A stretch of DNA of 64,000 bases from Candidatus Latescibacterota bacterium (GTDB lineage: Bacteria > Latescibacterota > UBA2968 > UBA8231), in NCBI GenBank assembly GCA_963422735.1, contig OY730476.1, forward strand, positions 3,744,001-3,808,000, given 5' to 3'. A program made the translations under genes and the position numbers. The notes beneath the pieces were generated by a model that was not told where the DNA came from, ran no database searches, and saw nothing but the letters and a program-made list of their open reading frames with translations. How positions within the stretch are numbered: position 1 is the stretch's first letter; the number at the start of each line of letters is the position of its first letter. Positions 48,838 to 59,133 of the stretch are shown one piece after another.

Positions 48838-49006
48838 GGGTGATTCCTCCGAGCTGTTGGACGGAACTTGGTAATAGAAGACCAAGCTGCCTAGCCTAAA
48901 CCACCCTGTTCGCCTAAAGGAGGTTGTAAACGCATCCCCGATCGCGAGGTATTCAAAGGGACTTTATAGGTCTTACGCAGTAGATCTCGACCAACCGCAC
49001 GCCGCG

Positions 49007-49918
49007 TTAGTGCTCCGGTAATATCGGAAACGACTCGATATCCCCCGCGACGGTCTCCAGCAGGGTTGCGATCTCCCGCTTGTCGCCTTCGTCCAACGCC
49101 AGCTTGCCTGCCGGTGCCCGTTCCACCAGCGTGCTGAACACTCCGCGGCGCTTGAGGATATAGCGCATAAAGGGGTGGTTTTCGAGAATGATCAGCGGCA
49201 ACAGGCGGCGGTGCATCGTGCGCGCATCCTCCTCCTGCCCGGCCCACCACAGCTCGGTAATCTTGGCCAGCACATCGGCCAGCTCGCAGGCTGGCATATT
49301 GCCATTGGCGCCGCGGCGCATCTCGTCGGGCAAAAACTTGCCCGCCGCCCCGCCGAAGATGCACTTGACCCGGTCGCCGATCATCTCGGCCACCTCGGCG
49401 ATGTGCTTAGGACCGGGCTGCCGCTCCTCCTTGACGTATTCGATCTGCGGAATCTCGTCGACTAGTTGCGCCACCTGCTCGCCGCGCAACGGCGCGTACA
49501 TATCGGCGTTCTGCACCATGATCGGCCCATCGAACACCCCAGCCAACCGCCGGTACAGGTCCATTGCCGTGGCCGCGTCGGTGCGTGCTGGCGTCATGGC
49601 GATAATCGAATCCGCCCCGGCTTTTTGTGCCGCCCGCGCATAGAGCAGCACCTGCGGCACCGAGATCCCGGAACAGCCGAAAACCACGGGCAGGCGGCTG
49701 TTGACCTCTTCCAGCACCGCGTCCAGTCCCCGGATCCGCTCCTCCTCACCCAAAAACCAGAACTCCCCGACCATCACCGGCCAGACGATGCCGTGCTGGC
49801 CGCTCTCGCAGCAGAAATTGGCCACCTTCTTCAGGTCGTTGATATGGATCTCGAGGTCGTCCCTGTACGGCGTCGGCAAGAGCCCAAAAATCCCCTTCAT
49901 GTCGTCAAATCGCGCCAT
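49007..49918 (-). CDS. Dihydrodipicolinate synthase family lyase
   Basis: GIFGLLPTP, GEF..L..EER, IMVQNA, YVKEE. Confidence 0.88.
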   Translation of the reverse strand: MARFDDMKGIFGLLPTPYRDDLEIHINDLKKVANFCCESGQHGIVWPVMVGEFWFLGEEERIRGLDAVLEEVNSRLPVVFGCSGISVPQVLLYARAAQKAGADSIIAMTPARTDAATAMDLYRRLAGVFDGPIMVQNADMYAPLRGEQVAQLVDEIPQIEYVKEERQPGPKHIAEVAEMIGDRVKCIFGGAAGKFLPDEMRRGANGNMPACELADVLAKITELWWAGQEEDARTMHRRLLPLIILENHPFMRYILKRRGVFSTLVERAPAGKLALDEGDKREIATLLETVAGDIESFPILPEH

Positions 49919-49946
49919 TGTTCAGCCTTTCCTGTAGTTGCTTGTC

Positions 49947-50275
49947 CTAGCGGCGGTCGGGCTGCCAGAAGTCGAGTTTGGGGTTGTCCCATAGGTCAGC
50001 CCTAAGTCCATGCGCCCCTTCACCCGCTCGGCATAAGCTTCCGGCATCGGTTCTTCCGGCTCGGGTGTGTCGGCATACAGGCGCACTCTGTCGCGGTATT
50101 TGCCGCCCAAAAAATGATAGCATAGCACGCCATAGACCTTGCCGATCCGATCCCACAGCACCAGTTCGATGCCCGACACGCCGCCGCCCGAGTGCCCCCA
50201 GTTGCCAAACTGCTTTATCGAGCGGAAAATCATGTCGATATTGCACGGATTCTGCCCCACAACTGGCTCTTGCTT
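49947..50275 (-). pseudogene. Mandelate racemase/muconate lactonizing enzyme remnant
   Basis: GQNPCNI, SGIELVLWD..GK..G...FLGGKYRDRVRLYA, joined out of frame to a probable C-terminus WDNPKLDFWQPDRR*. Confidence 0.75.
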
Positions 50276-50416
50276 CGGTGGTCGCCTCGACGTATTGGGG
50301 CAGTGTACTAACCGGCACAGCGCGAACCGATGTGAGTTCCGTTTCTCTATGTTCACCACACCCCATCCACACAAGTGTAGCGAGCATAAAAAAGCGGCTG
50401 CCGCAACGCGCCCAGT

Positions 50417-51952
50417 TCACCGGGTACGCTCTTTTTGCTTGCGTAAGAAAAGGCATATCTGCTGCTGAGCCGCAAGTGAGTCTCCCATTTCTCGGTAGGC
50501 CACGGCCAAACTATAATGGGTACCGACATAGGTAGAATCGGCCCGCAAAACCGCCTTAAAATCGTCGATAGCCTCCCGAGCATTGCCCTCGCGCAGTTTG
50601 GCATTACCGAGGCCGTTTATCGCGTCGATGTAGTTTTCCTTTATCGCCAAAGCGCGCTCATAGGCAGAGCGCGCCTGCACCGGATAGTCTTTCATCAAAT
50701 AGGCGTTGCCGAGATTAAACCACGCCAGCGCATAGTCCTCGTCTAAAGTCAGGGCTTGGCGATAAGCCCTGATGGCATCGTCAACCCGCTGTAGCCGCAT
50801 ATAGGCCGTGCCTAAATTCTGCCAAGCCTGTATCTGGGCGGGATTGATCTTTAGCGAGGCTTTGTACTCCTGAGCAGCCACTTCAGCAAAACCCAACTTA
50901 GCGTAGATCACGCCCAAGTTATAGCGGGCTACGGCATCGTCGGCATGGCCTTCCAAGCGCAAACGCTGATCGCGAATGGTATCAAAATGCGGATGAATGC
51001 GCTCGAACATCTCGATCTGCTTCTGCCCTTCCTCGGCCTTTCCCTGCTTCATATACACTTTGGACAGAGTGAAGCGCGCTTCTAGGTAAGCCGGGTCAAG
51101 TTCGATGCTTCTCTCGAGTACAGCGGCCGCCTCGGCCTCTTGGCCCTGTCGGGCGAGCACCATTCCCAGCCCATTGAGTGCCTCTACAGAAGCTGAATCG
51201 CGCTCAATGGCCGCGCGAAAGGCCGCCTCCGCTTCTACGTGGTGATTCAGCCGCATGTAGATGCGCCCTAACGCCGTGCGGTAACGCGCACGCAGAGGCT
51301 CTATTTTGACGGCTTTTCTCGCCATATCCACGGCCCGTTCGCATTGCCCCATCTTGGCGCAGTACATCTCTCCGAGGCTGTAGTAAACCAGCGCGTACTC
51401 GGGGTCTATTTCCAGCGCTTGCTGCATGTGCTGGGCTGCGGTCTCGTAGTCGTGATCTCGGGCGTGCGCCATGCCCAGGTTGTAGTGGGCCGGAGCGTGA
51501 TCGGGAGCTAATTGCAACTCCTTTGCAAATGTCGCCCGCGCCCTAGCATCGTCGTCCGTGTGCAAATAGAGCTGGCCGAGATGGCGATAGGCTGCTGCGC
51601 TGTCGGGCGCAAGGGCAATGGCCTTGCGATATACGGCCAGCGCCCGTTCTAACTCGCCCTGCCGGGTCATGACCTCTCCGGCCCCCAGCAACGCACCTAC
51701 GTGCAGCGAGTCTATGTGAAAGGTCTCGCTGAAGTATCGCAGTGCTTCCCCATACACGGCGTTTTTTAAATAGAACGCCCCTAGTTCGTAGTGCGCCGCT
51801 ACGTCGCTGGAATCGGCACGAATGCGATCCAAATAACTCAGTTCTATCGCGCGCGGGTCTTCCTTTTCCTCTACAGGCACTTCTTCTATCGCGTCACCGC
51901 AGCCAAGAGCCGTTATCCAAGCCAGCCATAGCACACCGTTAGACCACTTCAC
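50417..51952 (-). CDS. TPR-repeat lipoprotein
   Basis: Lipobox-like ALGC; about a dozen AxxxLG..A...Y..AL...P repeats. Confidence 0.92.
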   Translation of the reverse strand: MKWSNGVLWLAWITALGCGDAIEEVPVEEKEDPRAIELSYLDRIRADSSDVAAHYELGAFYLKNAVYGEALRYFSETFHIDSLHVGALLGAGEVMTRQGELERALAVYRKAIALAPDSAAAYRHLGQLYLHTDDDARARATFAKELQLAPDHAPAHYNLGMAHARDHDYETAAQHMQQALEIDPEYALVYYSLGEMYCAKMGQCERAVDMARKAVKIEPLRARYRTALGRIYMRLNHHVEAEAAFRAAIERDSASVEALNGLGMVLARQGQEAEAAAVLERSIELDPAYLEARFTLSKVYMKQGKAEEGQKQIEMFERIHPHFDTIRDQRLRLEGHADDAVARYNLGVIYAKLGFAEVAAQEYKASLKINPAQIQAWQNLGTAYMRLQRVDDAIRAYRQALTLDEDYALAWFNLGNAYLMKDYPVQARSAYERALAIKENYIDAINGLGNAKLREGNAREAIDDFKAVLRADSTYVGTHYSLAVAYREMGDSLAAQQQICLFLRKQKERTR

Positions 51953-51984
51953 GTTTTCCTTTTTCGTATTCTGGTGCGCTGGTT

Positions 51985-53685
51985 CTATAGTTTTTCTGGC
52001 TCTTGGATGGTGAGGAACTGATCGGCCGCTACGTCTTGTACCACCTGCTCAACCCCACTCGGCCAGCGGATCTCCACTCTGTCCACTCGCGTGCGAGAGC
52101 CTAGGCCAAAGTGTATCCGCAGCGCATTCTGCGACAGATACGAACTGCCCGAACGCACTTCTTCGACTTGGTGTAGGTCGCCAGCCACCACTTGGATTCG
52201 CGCACCGATACCGTCGCGGTTGCTGTGGATGCCTACGGTGCGCACTGATAGCCAGTGCTGTCGGTTGCCGCCGTCGTTGCGCAGCAGCAGTCCGCGCTGG
52301 TTGTTGTTGGTCACGAACAGGTCGAGGTCGCCGTCGTTGTCGTAGTCGGCGGTAGCTGATCCGCGTCCGACCGAGGCGGTGGCCAAGCCGGGCGAGTCGG
52401 TGCTGACGTCGGTGAACGTGCCATCGCCGTTGTTGTGGAATAGCTGATCCCGCTGCGCGTAGGAAGGTCCGGCGCGGTCGATAATTTCTATATTCGGTTC
52501 GACGTGTCCGTTGACTAGGAACAGGTCGAGGTATCCGTCGTTGTCGTAGTCGAGAAAGTCCGTGCCAAAGGTCAATGTCGAGAAGGTCGGCTCGTCCAGT
52601 TTGGACTCGTGTATCCGGTCTTTAAATACACCGCCCCGCTCGTTTTTTAACAGGCGACAGTGTTCCCACTGGAAGTTGCAGACGACGAGGTCGAGGAGTC
52701 CGTCGTTGTCGTAGTCGCCAAAGTCCGTGCCCATGCCCGCCTCGGGTTTGCCGTCCGGGCTGAAGGCGACGCCAGAAGTCAGCCCAATATTGGAAAACCG
52801 CGTCCCCCCCTCGTTGCGAAAGAGGAAGTTCGGAGTCATATCGTTGGCGACAAACAGATCCGCATCGCCATCTTCGTCGTAATCGCCAAATACCACGCCG
52901 AGTTGACGACAGCGGTCGTTGTAAACGCCCATTTCTTCCGTCACGTCGGCAAACGTTTCATCCCCCTCGTTGCGGTACATAATTCCCGACGCCCCCTTGT
53001 ATTGACCGGGACCGCAGTAGACGCGTATGAAACCGTGCCTGCACTCTTTGTGGTTTTCGAAAGTAAAATCGGTATTGTTGGAAACGTAGAGGTCGAGATC
53101 GCCATCGTTGTCGATGTCGGCAAAGGCCGCGCTCATGCTCAAGCGCTCGTCGCCGATGCCGGCAGCTTCTGTCGCGTCGACAAATGAACCGTCGCCGCCA
53201 TTGCGATACAGCACATTGGCACCGAAGTTTGCGACATAGAGATCCACATGACCGTCGTTGTCGTAATCTCCCGCGCAGACACCCATGCCATACCCTTCAT
53301 CGCCGACACCTGCTTCCTCTGTTATCTCCTCGAATTTCCCATTGCCCCTGTTTCGATACAGGACATTTTTCGGCACGCGCCGCTCCAAAAAACCCGGCAA
53401 TACGGCCCCATTGACCAAGTATAGGTCTTCGTCGCCGTCGCTGTCGTAGTCTATAAAAGCCGCTCCCGAGCCATAGGTTTCTACGTAATAGAAACGACCG
53501 CTGCTGCCGTTCACATGCACAAAGTGGATGCCGGCAGCGGCAGTGGCATCGACGAATTTCGGCAGTGCATTTATAGCCAATTTGGGCTTGGACACAGTGG
53601 CTTCTGTCGATGGAGCGAGAGTTTCATTTGAGCACCCCACGATTAGTGCCATACCCCAGCTAAAGAGAACCGCAACGATGGGCAT
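51985..53685 (-). CDS. CRTAC1 family protein (FG-GAP repeats plus ASPIC/UnbV); start uncertain
   Basis: Repeated DYDNDGxxDL; SNRDGIGARI, SYLSQ..HFGLG..IRWPSG. Confidence 0.92.
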   Translation of the reverse strand: MPIVAVLFSWGMALIVGCSNETLAPSTEATVSKPKLAINALPKFVDATAAAGIHFVHVNGSSGRFYYVETYGSGAAFIDYDSDGDEDLYLVNGAVLPGFLERRVPKNVLYRNRGNGKFEEITEEAGVGDEGYGMGVCAGDYDNDGHVDLYVANFGANVLYRNGGDGSFVDATEAAGIGDERLSMSAAFADIDNDGDLDLYVSNNTDFTFENHKECRHGFIRVYCGPGQYKGASGIMYRNEGDETFADVTEEMGVYNDRCRQLGVVFGDYDEDGDADLFVANDMTPNFLFRNEGGTRFSNIGLTSGVAFSPDGKPEAGMGTDFGDYDNDGLLDLVVCNFQWEHCRLLKNERGGVFKDRIHESKLDEPTFSTLTFGTDFLDYDNDGYLDLFLVNGHVEPNIEIIDRAGPSYAQRDQLFHNNGDGTFTDVSTDSPGLATASVGRGSATADYDNDGDLDLFVTNNNQRGLLLRNDGGNRQHWLSVRTVGIHSNRDGIGARIQVVAGDLHQVEEVRSGSSYLSQNALRIHFGLGSRTRVDRVEIRWPSGVEQVVQDVAADQFLTIQEPEKL

Positions 53686-53766
53686 ATATCGCGGGAAGTA
53701 TGCAGTTGATGTAATTCCATTAATTGGCGCAGGCATCAGACTGCACAAGGGCATGTTTGCTAGGCG

Positions 53767-56421
53767 TTATTGCAATCCGGCAAACATGCTCAGAAACAGC
53801 ACTAGATCCGTCGTCGTTTCGTCGCGGAAATCGCGCCGCTCCCAGCGCCCGCCGATGTTGGTCATCAAGCGATAGCCCAGATAGTCCGAGCGATTGGATA
53901 GCTGCGCAGCAATCACGAACTGTTCAAAATCGTCCACATATCCGGCGGGCAGCGGATCGGTGCGCCCGACTATGTTCCTGAAAATCTCGTACTCGATGCC
54001 GGACTCTAGGCGCATCGTGTTGATCAGTTCCTGCTGCCACACGAAGAAGAAAATTTCCGACAACTCGTTATTCTCCAATTCGTTTTCATCCGTGGGCGAG
54101 CGTTGTTTGTAGAGCTGTTTCCACCTAGGCCATAGCACGTGTTTACCCACTGGAATGGGTAGGTCCGCTTTGGTGATCAGCGCGAAGAGCTTCTCGTCCT
54201 GCCAGTTTGCTGGTTGCTGGTCTCCGCGCTGGTGATAGATTTCGTACTTCAGCTTGGTCTCCAGATTGAGCGGGGCGTATTTGCGCGTACGCGCACTCAG
54301 AAATGTGGTGTTGATCAGCGCATCTTGCGCGATCATGGGATCGACAAAGGGGCGCATATCGCCCCGCGTGCGCGGACTCTGCACCCACAGAATGATGTCT
54401 TCGGGGATATTGTCTTGGACGCTGCGAAGGCCGTTGTAGAGCTGCACCTGCAAACCGTGGCGAGGCACCTCATGAGTCAGCGTCAGCAGACCGTAGAGCG
54501 ACTTGTTGCGGCGATTGCTGCTCAGCAGCCACTCGCGCATGCGACCGACCATTATGCGGCTGCCCGGCTTGAGTTCAGCACCACTGTAGAAGTTGTAACC
54601 GCGGTGGTCGCGAGGATACGGGTAGTCCGCTTCCTCGTCGTTCTCAAAGCGGTCAATTACTGTATTGTTGTTCATGTCCGTGCCGTGGAGAAACTCCAGC
54701 GGGTCGACATCGTAGCGCACAAAGGGCTCTAGATAGTCTGGCATGCCGTTGTCGTTCTGGTTGAAGTCCGACACTAGGTCGTTGTTTTCGTCGTAACCAG
54801 GAAAGACGGCTACGTCAGCCCGCTGGATCAGCAGGCGCTCCGACGAGGAACTGCTGAAGGTGCGCCTACGCCAGTCGGGAAAGCGGTCTTGGTCGTCGTT
54901 GTCGTCTACGAATTCGTAGACGTTGTTTACGGCACTTTCGTAGTTAATGCGCCCGTTGCTGTCGGGCACGAACATAAATGTCTGATAGCCCGGGTCCATG
55001 CTAAAAATTTCGCCATAGGCAAACCACGGGTACATATTGTGCGACGCCGTTGCGTAGTAGCCCTCCGCCCTCTCTTTCCCCAGTGCTTGATTGTAGGTGA
55101 AATTCTGGTTGGGAAAGCGGCGGTATTTGCGGTTGATATTGTATTCGGCGCGCAAGTTAAACCCGCCGAAGATGTCGTCGATTTCCATGGTGAGGCCGGC
55201 GACTTCGTTGGCCGTCGGCAAGCCGTAGCTAAAGCGCACCACGCGCTGATTGGAGCCGTCTTTGATGTTTTTCTTTGCGCGGGTGACGGGCAAAAATACG
55301 GGTTCGCCCGTGTTGTTAACCTGCATATTGGAAGTGACTTCAACGGCGTAGTCGTTGGCTAGGACCAACTCGATCTCGATCTTTTTAATCTCCTTGAAGT
55401 CGATGATCTCGTCTTCGTCGGGAATGGGCGTGAAGTCGCGCTCGATGTCATAGGTAATGATGATGATGTTGCCGCCGCTAGCCTCCCAGCGCCCCTGCCG
55501 CCGGATGCCGCCGTCTACCAGTGCCCGGTCGGAAATTTCGGGATGTTCCACGCCATTTATGTACACGCGGTGCAAAAAGAGCAATGCCCCCCCTTCGCTG
55601 TCCTCGGGCGAATCGTCGGACAGACGCACTAGGAGGCGCTGCACGTTGCCCGCCTGCAGGTTGCCGCCGAGCGTGCCCTTGAGAGAATTGTTACCGAAGC
55701 TCTCCGAGCTATTCCAGTGGCCGGCGTTGACGTAGGTGGTGCCCAACTTGATAAAATCGCCGATCTGGGCCGTGCCGCGCAGGCCAAGCAGATTGGTGAA
55801 GATCGTCCGCACCGTAGCTCCTTGGTCGCGGTTGGTCGCTGTGGCCGCTAGAGCGGGGTTGTCCGTGCGCGAGGCGAGTAGCGTCAGGGCGTATTTATCG
55901 GAGAGGAAATCCCACTGCACGCCGTTGAACAGCGGTTTGGAAAAGGTCATCGGCGTCAGCGTGGTCCTTAGCTGCTCGCCCACGGTCGACGCCATGTGGT
56001 ATTGGCCCTTCGACGCCGTTGAAATGACTAGGTTATTGAACCAGTTGTTGAACTCCACGGACTTGTCGATCGCACTGCCCGTTTCCGTGGGGTGCTGCTG
56101 CTTCCACTCGTAGATCTTCCAGCCGCGCGTGATGTAACTGCCGTATATATCGTAAAAACGTTGGCCCTGCAGCACGATGTCGGTATAGCGCTCATAGCGA
56201 TCCTTGGCGTAGTTGGTGTACTCCCAGTTCTTCCACCCGTAGATATCGTAGAGCGTCTGGGGCAGATACCATTTCCGCATAGTCGGCGTGATGGTCTGGG
56301 GCGATATCCGCACCCCGCTGGTGACATAGGGGTTGAGAAAGCCCGATTGCAGGCCTTCGGCTAACACTCCACCTGCCAAAAGGCAACCCGTTAGCAGAGC
56401 ACCGAAAAACTTCCGGCCCAT
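53767..56421 (-). CDS. Large secreted hypothetical protein, putative outer-membrane beta-barrel with Ca-binding loops
   Basis: Signal peptide; amphipathic aromatic beta-strands; DDNDDQD, DENNDLVSD, NQNDNGMPD, DMNNNTVID loops. The CDS is clear; the barrel is inferred. Confidence 0.6.
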   Translation of the reverse strand: MGRKFFGALLTGCLLAGGVLAEGLQSGFLNPYVTSGVRISPQTITPTMRKWYLPQTLYDIYGWKNWEYTNYAKDRYERYTDIVLQGQRFYDIYGSYITRGWKIYEWKQQHPTETGSAIDKSVEFNNWFNNLVISTASKGQYHMASTVGEQLRTTLTPMTFSKPLFNGVQWDFLSDKYALTLLASRTDNPALAATATNRDQGATVRTIFTNLLGLRGTAQIGDFIKLGTTYVNAGHWNSSESFGNNSLKGTLGGNLQAGNVQRLLVRLSDDSPEDSEGGALLFLHRVYINGVEHPEISDRALVDGGIRRQGRWEASGGNIIIITYDIERDFTPIPDEDEIIDFKEIKKIEIELVLANDYAVEVTSNMQVNNTGEPVFLPVTRAKKNIKDGSNQRVVRFSYGLPTANEVAGLTMEIDDIFGGFNLRAEYNINRKYRRFPNQNFTYNQALGKERAEGYYATASHNMYPWFAYGEIFSMDPGYQTFMFVPDSNGRINYESAVNNVYEFVDDNDDQDRFPDWRRRTFSSSSSERLLIQRADVAVFPGYDENNDLVSDFNQNDNGMPDYLEPFVRYDVDPLEFLHGTDMNNNTVIDRFENDEEADYPYPRDHRGYNFYSGAELKPGSRIMVGRMREWLLSSNRRNKSLYGLLTLTHEVPRHGLQVQLYNGLRSVQDNIPEDIILWVQSPRTRGDMRPFVDPMIAQDALINTTFLSARTRKYAPLNLETKLKYEIYHQRGDQQPANWQDEKLFALITKADLPIPVGKHVLWPRWKQLYKQRSPTDENELENNELSEIFFFVWQQELINTMRLESGIEYEIFRNIVGRTDPLPAGYVDDFEQFVIAAQLSNRSDYLGYRLMTNIGGRWERRDFRDETTTDLVLFLSMFAGLQ

Positions 56422-56469
56422 TTGTTCCCTCCCTTTTTTACCGCTGCGCAACACGTACTGTTTAATTAT

Positions 56470-56779
56470 TAACTGATGTTACGCCGTCGTATCGTCAGCG
56501 GCTTCCTGCCGCCCTCTCTATGGCCTTCCCGCGTACGCGGAAATCCAGCAGACAGTTCCGTGTCGGCGAGGACGCTTTGTGCGTCCTTCCCGCGCACGAT
56601 GCGGACCCCCGTCTGCCCGGGGACAGGCTTGGGCGCACTCCGTCGCATCGTCGCGTCGCTCAGCGGTTCGACGGAACGCACCCAAGCCCGAACCGCCGAG
56701 GGGTACGCTGGATGCCGGCTTATCACGCCTTACGGCACGGTGAAGCGCAGGCAGAATAAAAGCTGCGTAACATCAGTTA
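56470..56779. mobile_element. MITE-like non-autonomous element
   Basis: Perfect 15-bp terminal inverted repeats TAACTGATGTTACGC / GCGTAACATCAGTTA, AT-rich flanks, hairpin-rich non-coding interior. Confidence 0.8.
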
Positions 56780-59092
56780 TTAATAGGCCAAGCTAATGGT
56801 GCGATATACCGACTGATCTCCAGAGTCGGCTTCCATCTGGATGCGGCAGATATATACACCCGGCGGCAAAACCGCTCCCGCATCGTCCCGGCCATCCCAC
56901 GCGAAACCCGCGGTGCCTCGGTCGAGCGTCCGCAGACGAGATCCGGTCAGGTCGTATATATCCACGTTGGGATCGCCCTCGATTTGGACCACGATAAAGT
57001 TGATTTGCGCCTCGTCATTTACTCCATCGCCGTTGGGCGTAACGACCGGAGTCACCTGCACATTGCGGAGCAAGCTCCCACCAGCCACGTCGGGCACAAA
57101 AACGATCATAGCGCGCGGCTCTAAGGGTTCGACGCCTTGGCGCACATTCCGCTGTCTGTCCCCTGCCCAGGCTTCAAAGAGGGTGGCATTGGTCGTTATC
57201 TGCGCGGCAAACTGTACTTCCACCGAATCCTCCCGCACCCGCTCCGGTAGTCCGATTCTTAGCAGCCCGTCCGCTAGTTTAACTTCCTTCGGCTGCACAC
57301 TCTGTCCGCCGACTCGTACGCCAACTCCTTGCACATCGCCCGGCACTTGGATGAAGACCTCGTCAAAGCCTTGGTCGTTGCGCTCAAAGGCCGGTTGCAG
57401 CAAATACGTAAAGTGCTGCAGCGAATCTAGGACGACCTCGCGCGGCAATATGCGTGCGGCAATGCCACCACTGACGAGCGGATCGTCGAATTCCAGAGTC
57501 AGGGAGCGCAGTACCGGCGTTAGTTGCGGATCGTTGTTGGCTAGGCGAACCTGTAGTTGCAGAAATTGTCTGGGCGTAGGCGAGAGGAATGCCTCTGCGG
57601 GAAAATCATAGGGGTGACTCCAGCCGCTCCAATCCGGCCCTTTGAGCTTGATGGTGTCGATGCGCCCGCGTACGCTCTTGGGCAGCTTACCAAAACGAGC
57701 CGAATCCAATTCCGTGCCGTTCTTGTGGTAATACTTCTTTTGCCGTTCAAAGGTATTGCCCGTCTGCGAGCGAATTTCGATATGTGTGCCGGCGGGTAAA
57801 TCGGCGTCCCACGACAGCTTGCGTACGCTCTTCATGGATCCTAGGTCAATGAAATCCGACACCATTTCCGTCGCCGCCACGTGCCCCTCGCCGTAGAGCA
57901 GGTATTCAAAAACCGACTGGCGGATCTGCAGGCGCGTCGGAATGCCGCTGCGGTGGTAGAAGAGATAGCGGATTTTTCGCGGCGGGAATGCAAAGTGATA
58001 CGACTGTTGAAAGGGCAGTATATCGTTGAATACGTCGCTGAGTTCTTGGTAGTCGAAATTGCTGCGGATGCGATCGCTGGTCAGGCCGCTGGCCGGCGTG
58101 CCGTCCGAGGTGGTGAGGATAAATAGCTTGGCCCCGTTGGAGTAGGAGCCACGAGACCCCTCTTCGACAGTCAGGTCTAGGTGGGAAAGGTGGTCTACCC
58201 AGAGCGTGGCACCCAGATCCCATTCGAACCAATCGCCGTCTTCGACGTAGGTCCTGAGATTGCCCTCCTTGGCTTGGTCGCCACCGACGGCAACTCGCCA
58301 GTTGGTATTGACATCCCCGTCGAAGATCATACCGATCTTATCTCCGCTCCGCCCCGCTCGCACCGCTCCGCCCCGTTCCACCGTACCTATGGCGAGATTA
58401 TCTCCCAGGGCATCCACTTCGATCTCAGCCAGTGCCGCTCCCGGGTTCTTTTCTGTGGGCACTAGGCGCACGTGGTGGACGAGGGCAAAATCCAGCGTGT
58501 CCTGCTCTATGAGATGTTCTCCGCTGGCCAGACCGAACTCAATTCGTTTTAGATCGACCTCAAAAACGCGCTCTACATTGGGAATCGTGGTGACAGCGAC
58601 CGGGTTGTAGGTTACGCCAAAACGCGTATCTACTCCGTTGCTTATATAAGCCGTGAAATTGCGAAAGGGCTTGGCGTCGAGCGTGTCTGGAAAGACAAGG
58701 CGCAAATTGTGCGCCAATACCGGCCGGCCGAGGTCGATTTCGATCCACCAATCTTCCAACGGATCGTCGGCGGACGGCTGCCACCAAGTCGATGGGTCTT
58801 GGTCAATGATATTAGCCGCATCTTGGGGGTTTGAATGGACTTGGTGGATGCCTCCAAAAACCTGTTTCTTGCCCTCGCTATGGGAAAACTCTGCGGCATT
58901 GGCTACGGCATTTATATCGCGGCGCATCCACGCTAGGCTGATGCTGCCGTCGTCGGCAATTTCCAACGTGCCCTTGGGAATGGTCCACGTCTGCCAGTCC
59001 GCCGGGCTGCTCAGGCGCAGCTCGGCGGACTGGGCACCTGCTGCACACAGAGTGGCGACGAGCAAAATACGAATCGCAGCGAATTTTCTCAT
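56780..59092 (-). CDS. Secreted protein with discoidin-like domain and CHU_C/FlgD-Ig-like tail (paralog 3)
   Basis: Signal peptide, IIDQDPSTWW..WIEIDLG, WSGWS, TPNGDGVND, WDGRD..G..LPPGVY, ends ISLAY. Confidence 0.75.
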   Translation of the reverse strand: MRKFAAIRILLVATLCAAGAQSAELRLSSPADWQTWTIPKGTLEIADDGSISLAWMRRDINAVANAAEFSHSEGKKQVFGGIHQVHSNPQDAANIIDQDPSTWWQPSADDPLEDWWIEIDLGRPVLAHNLRLVFPDTLDAKPFRNFTAYISNGVDTRFGVTYNPVAVTTIPNVERVFEVDLKRIEFGLASGEHLIEQDTLDFALVHHVRLVPTEKNPGAALAEIEVDALGDNLAIGTVERGGAVRAGRSGDKIGMIFDGDVNTNWRVAVGGDQAKEGNLRTYVEDGDWFEWDLGATLWVDHLSHLDLTVEEGSRGSYSNGAKLFILTTSDGTPASGLTSDRIRSNFDYQELSDVFNDILPFQQSYHFAFPPRKIRYLFYHRSGIPTRLQIRQSVFEYLLYGEGHVAATEMVSDFIDLGSMKSVRKLSWDADLPAGTHIEIRSQTGNTFERQKKYYHKNGTELDSARFGKLPKSVRGRIDTIKLKGPDWSGWSHPYDFPAEAFLSPTPRQFLQLQVRLANNDPQLTPVLRSLTLEFDDPLVSGGIAARILPREVVLDSLQHFTYLLQPAFERNDQGFDEVFIQVPGDVQGVGVRVGGQSVQPKEVKLADGLLRIGLPERVREDSVEVQFAAQITTNATLFEAWAGDRQRNVRQGVEPLEPRAMIVFVPDVAGGSLLRNVQVTPVVTPNGDGVNDEAQINFIVVQIEGDPNVDIYDLTGSRLRTLDRGTAGFAWDGRDDAGAVLPPGVYICRIQMEADSGDQSVYRTISLAY

Positions 59093-59133
59093 GGTACATC
59101 CTTGGAAGCGTTTAGAACACATACGCAACGCGT

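Noticed and set aside
50388-50404. Intrinsic terminator after the TPR gene
   Set aside because: Only a 4-bp stem before the U-tract; too weak to call.
56469-56796. Short ORFs within the MITE-like element
   Set aside because: Arg/Pro-rich, no RBS or transposase motifs; better explained as non-coding structure.
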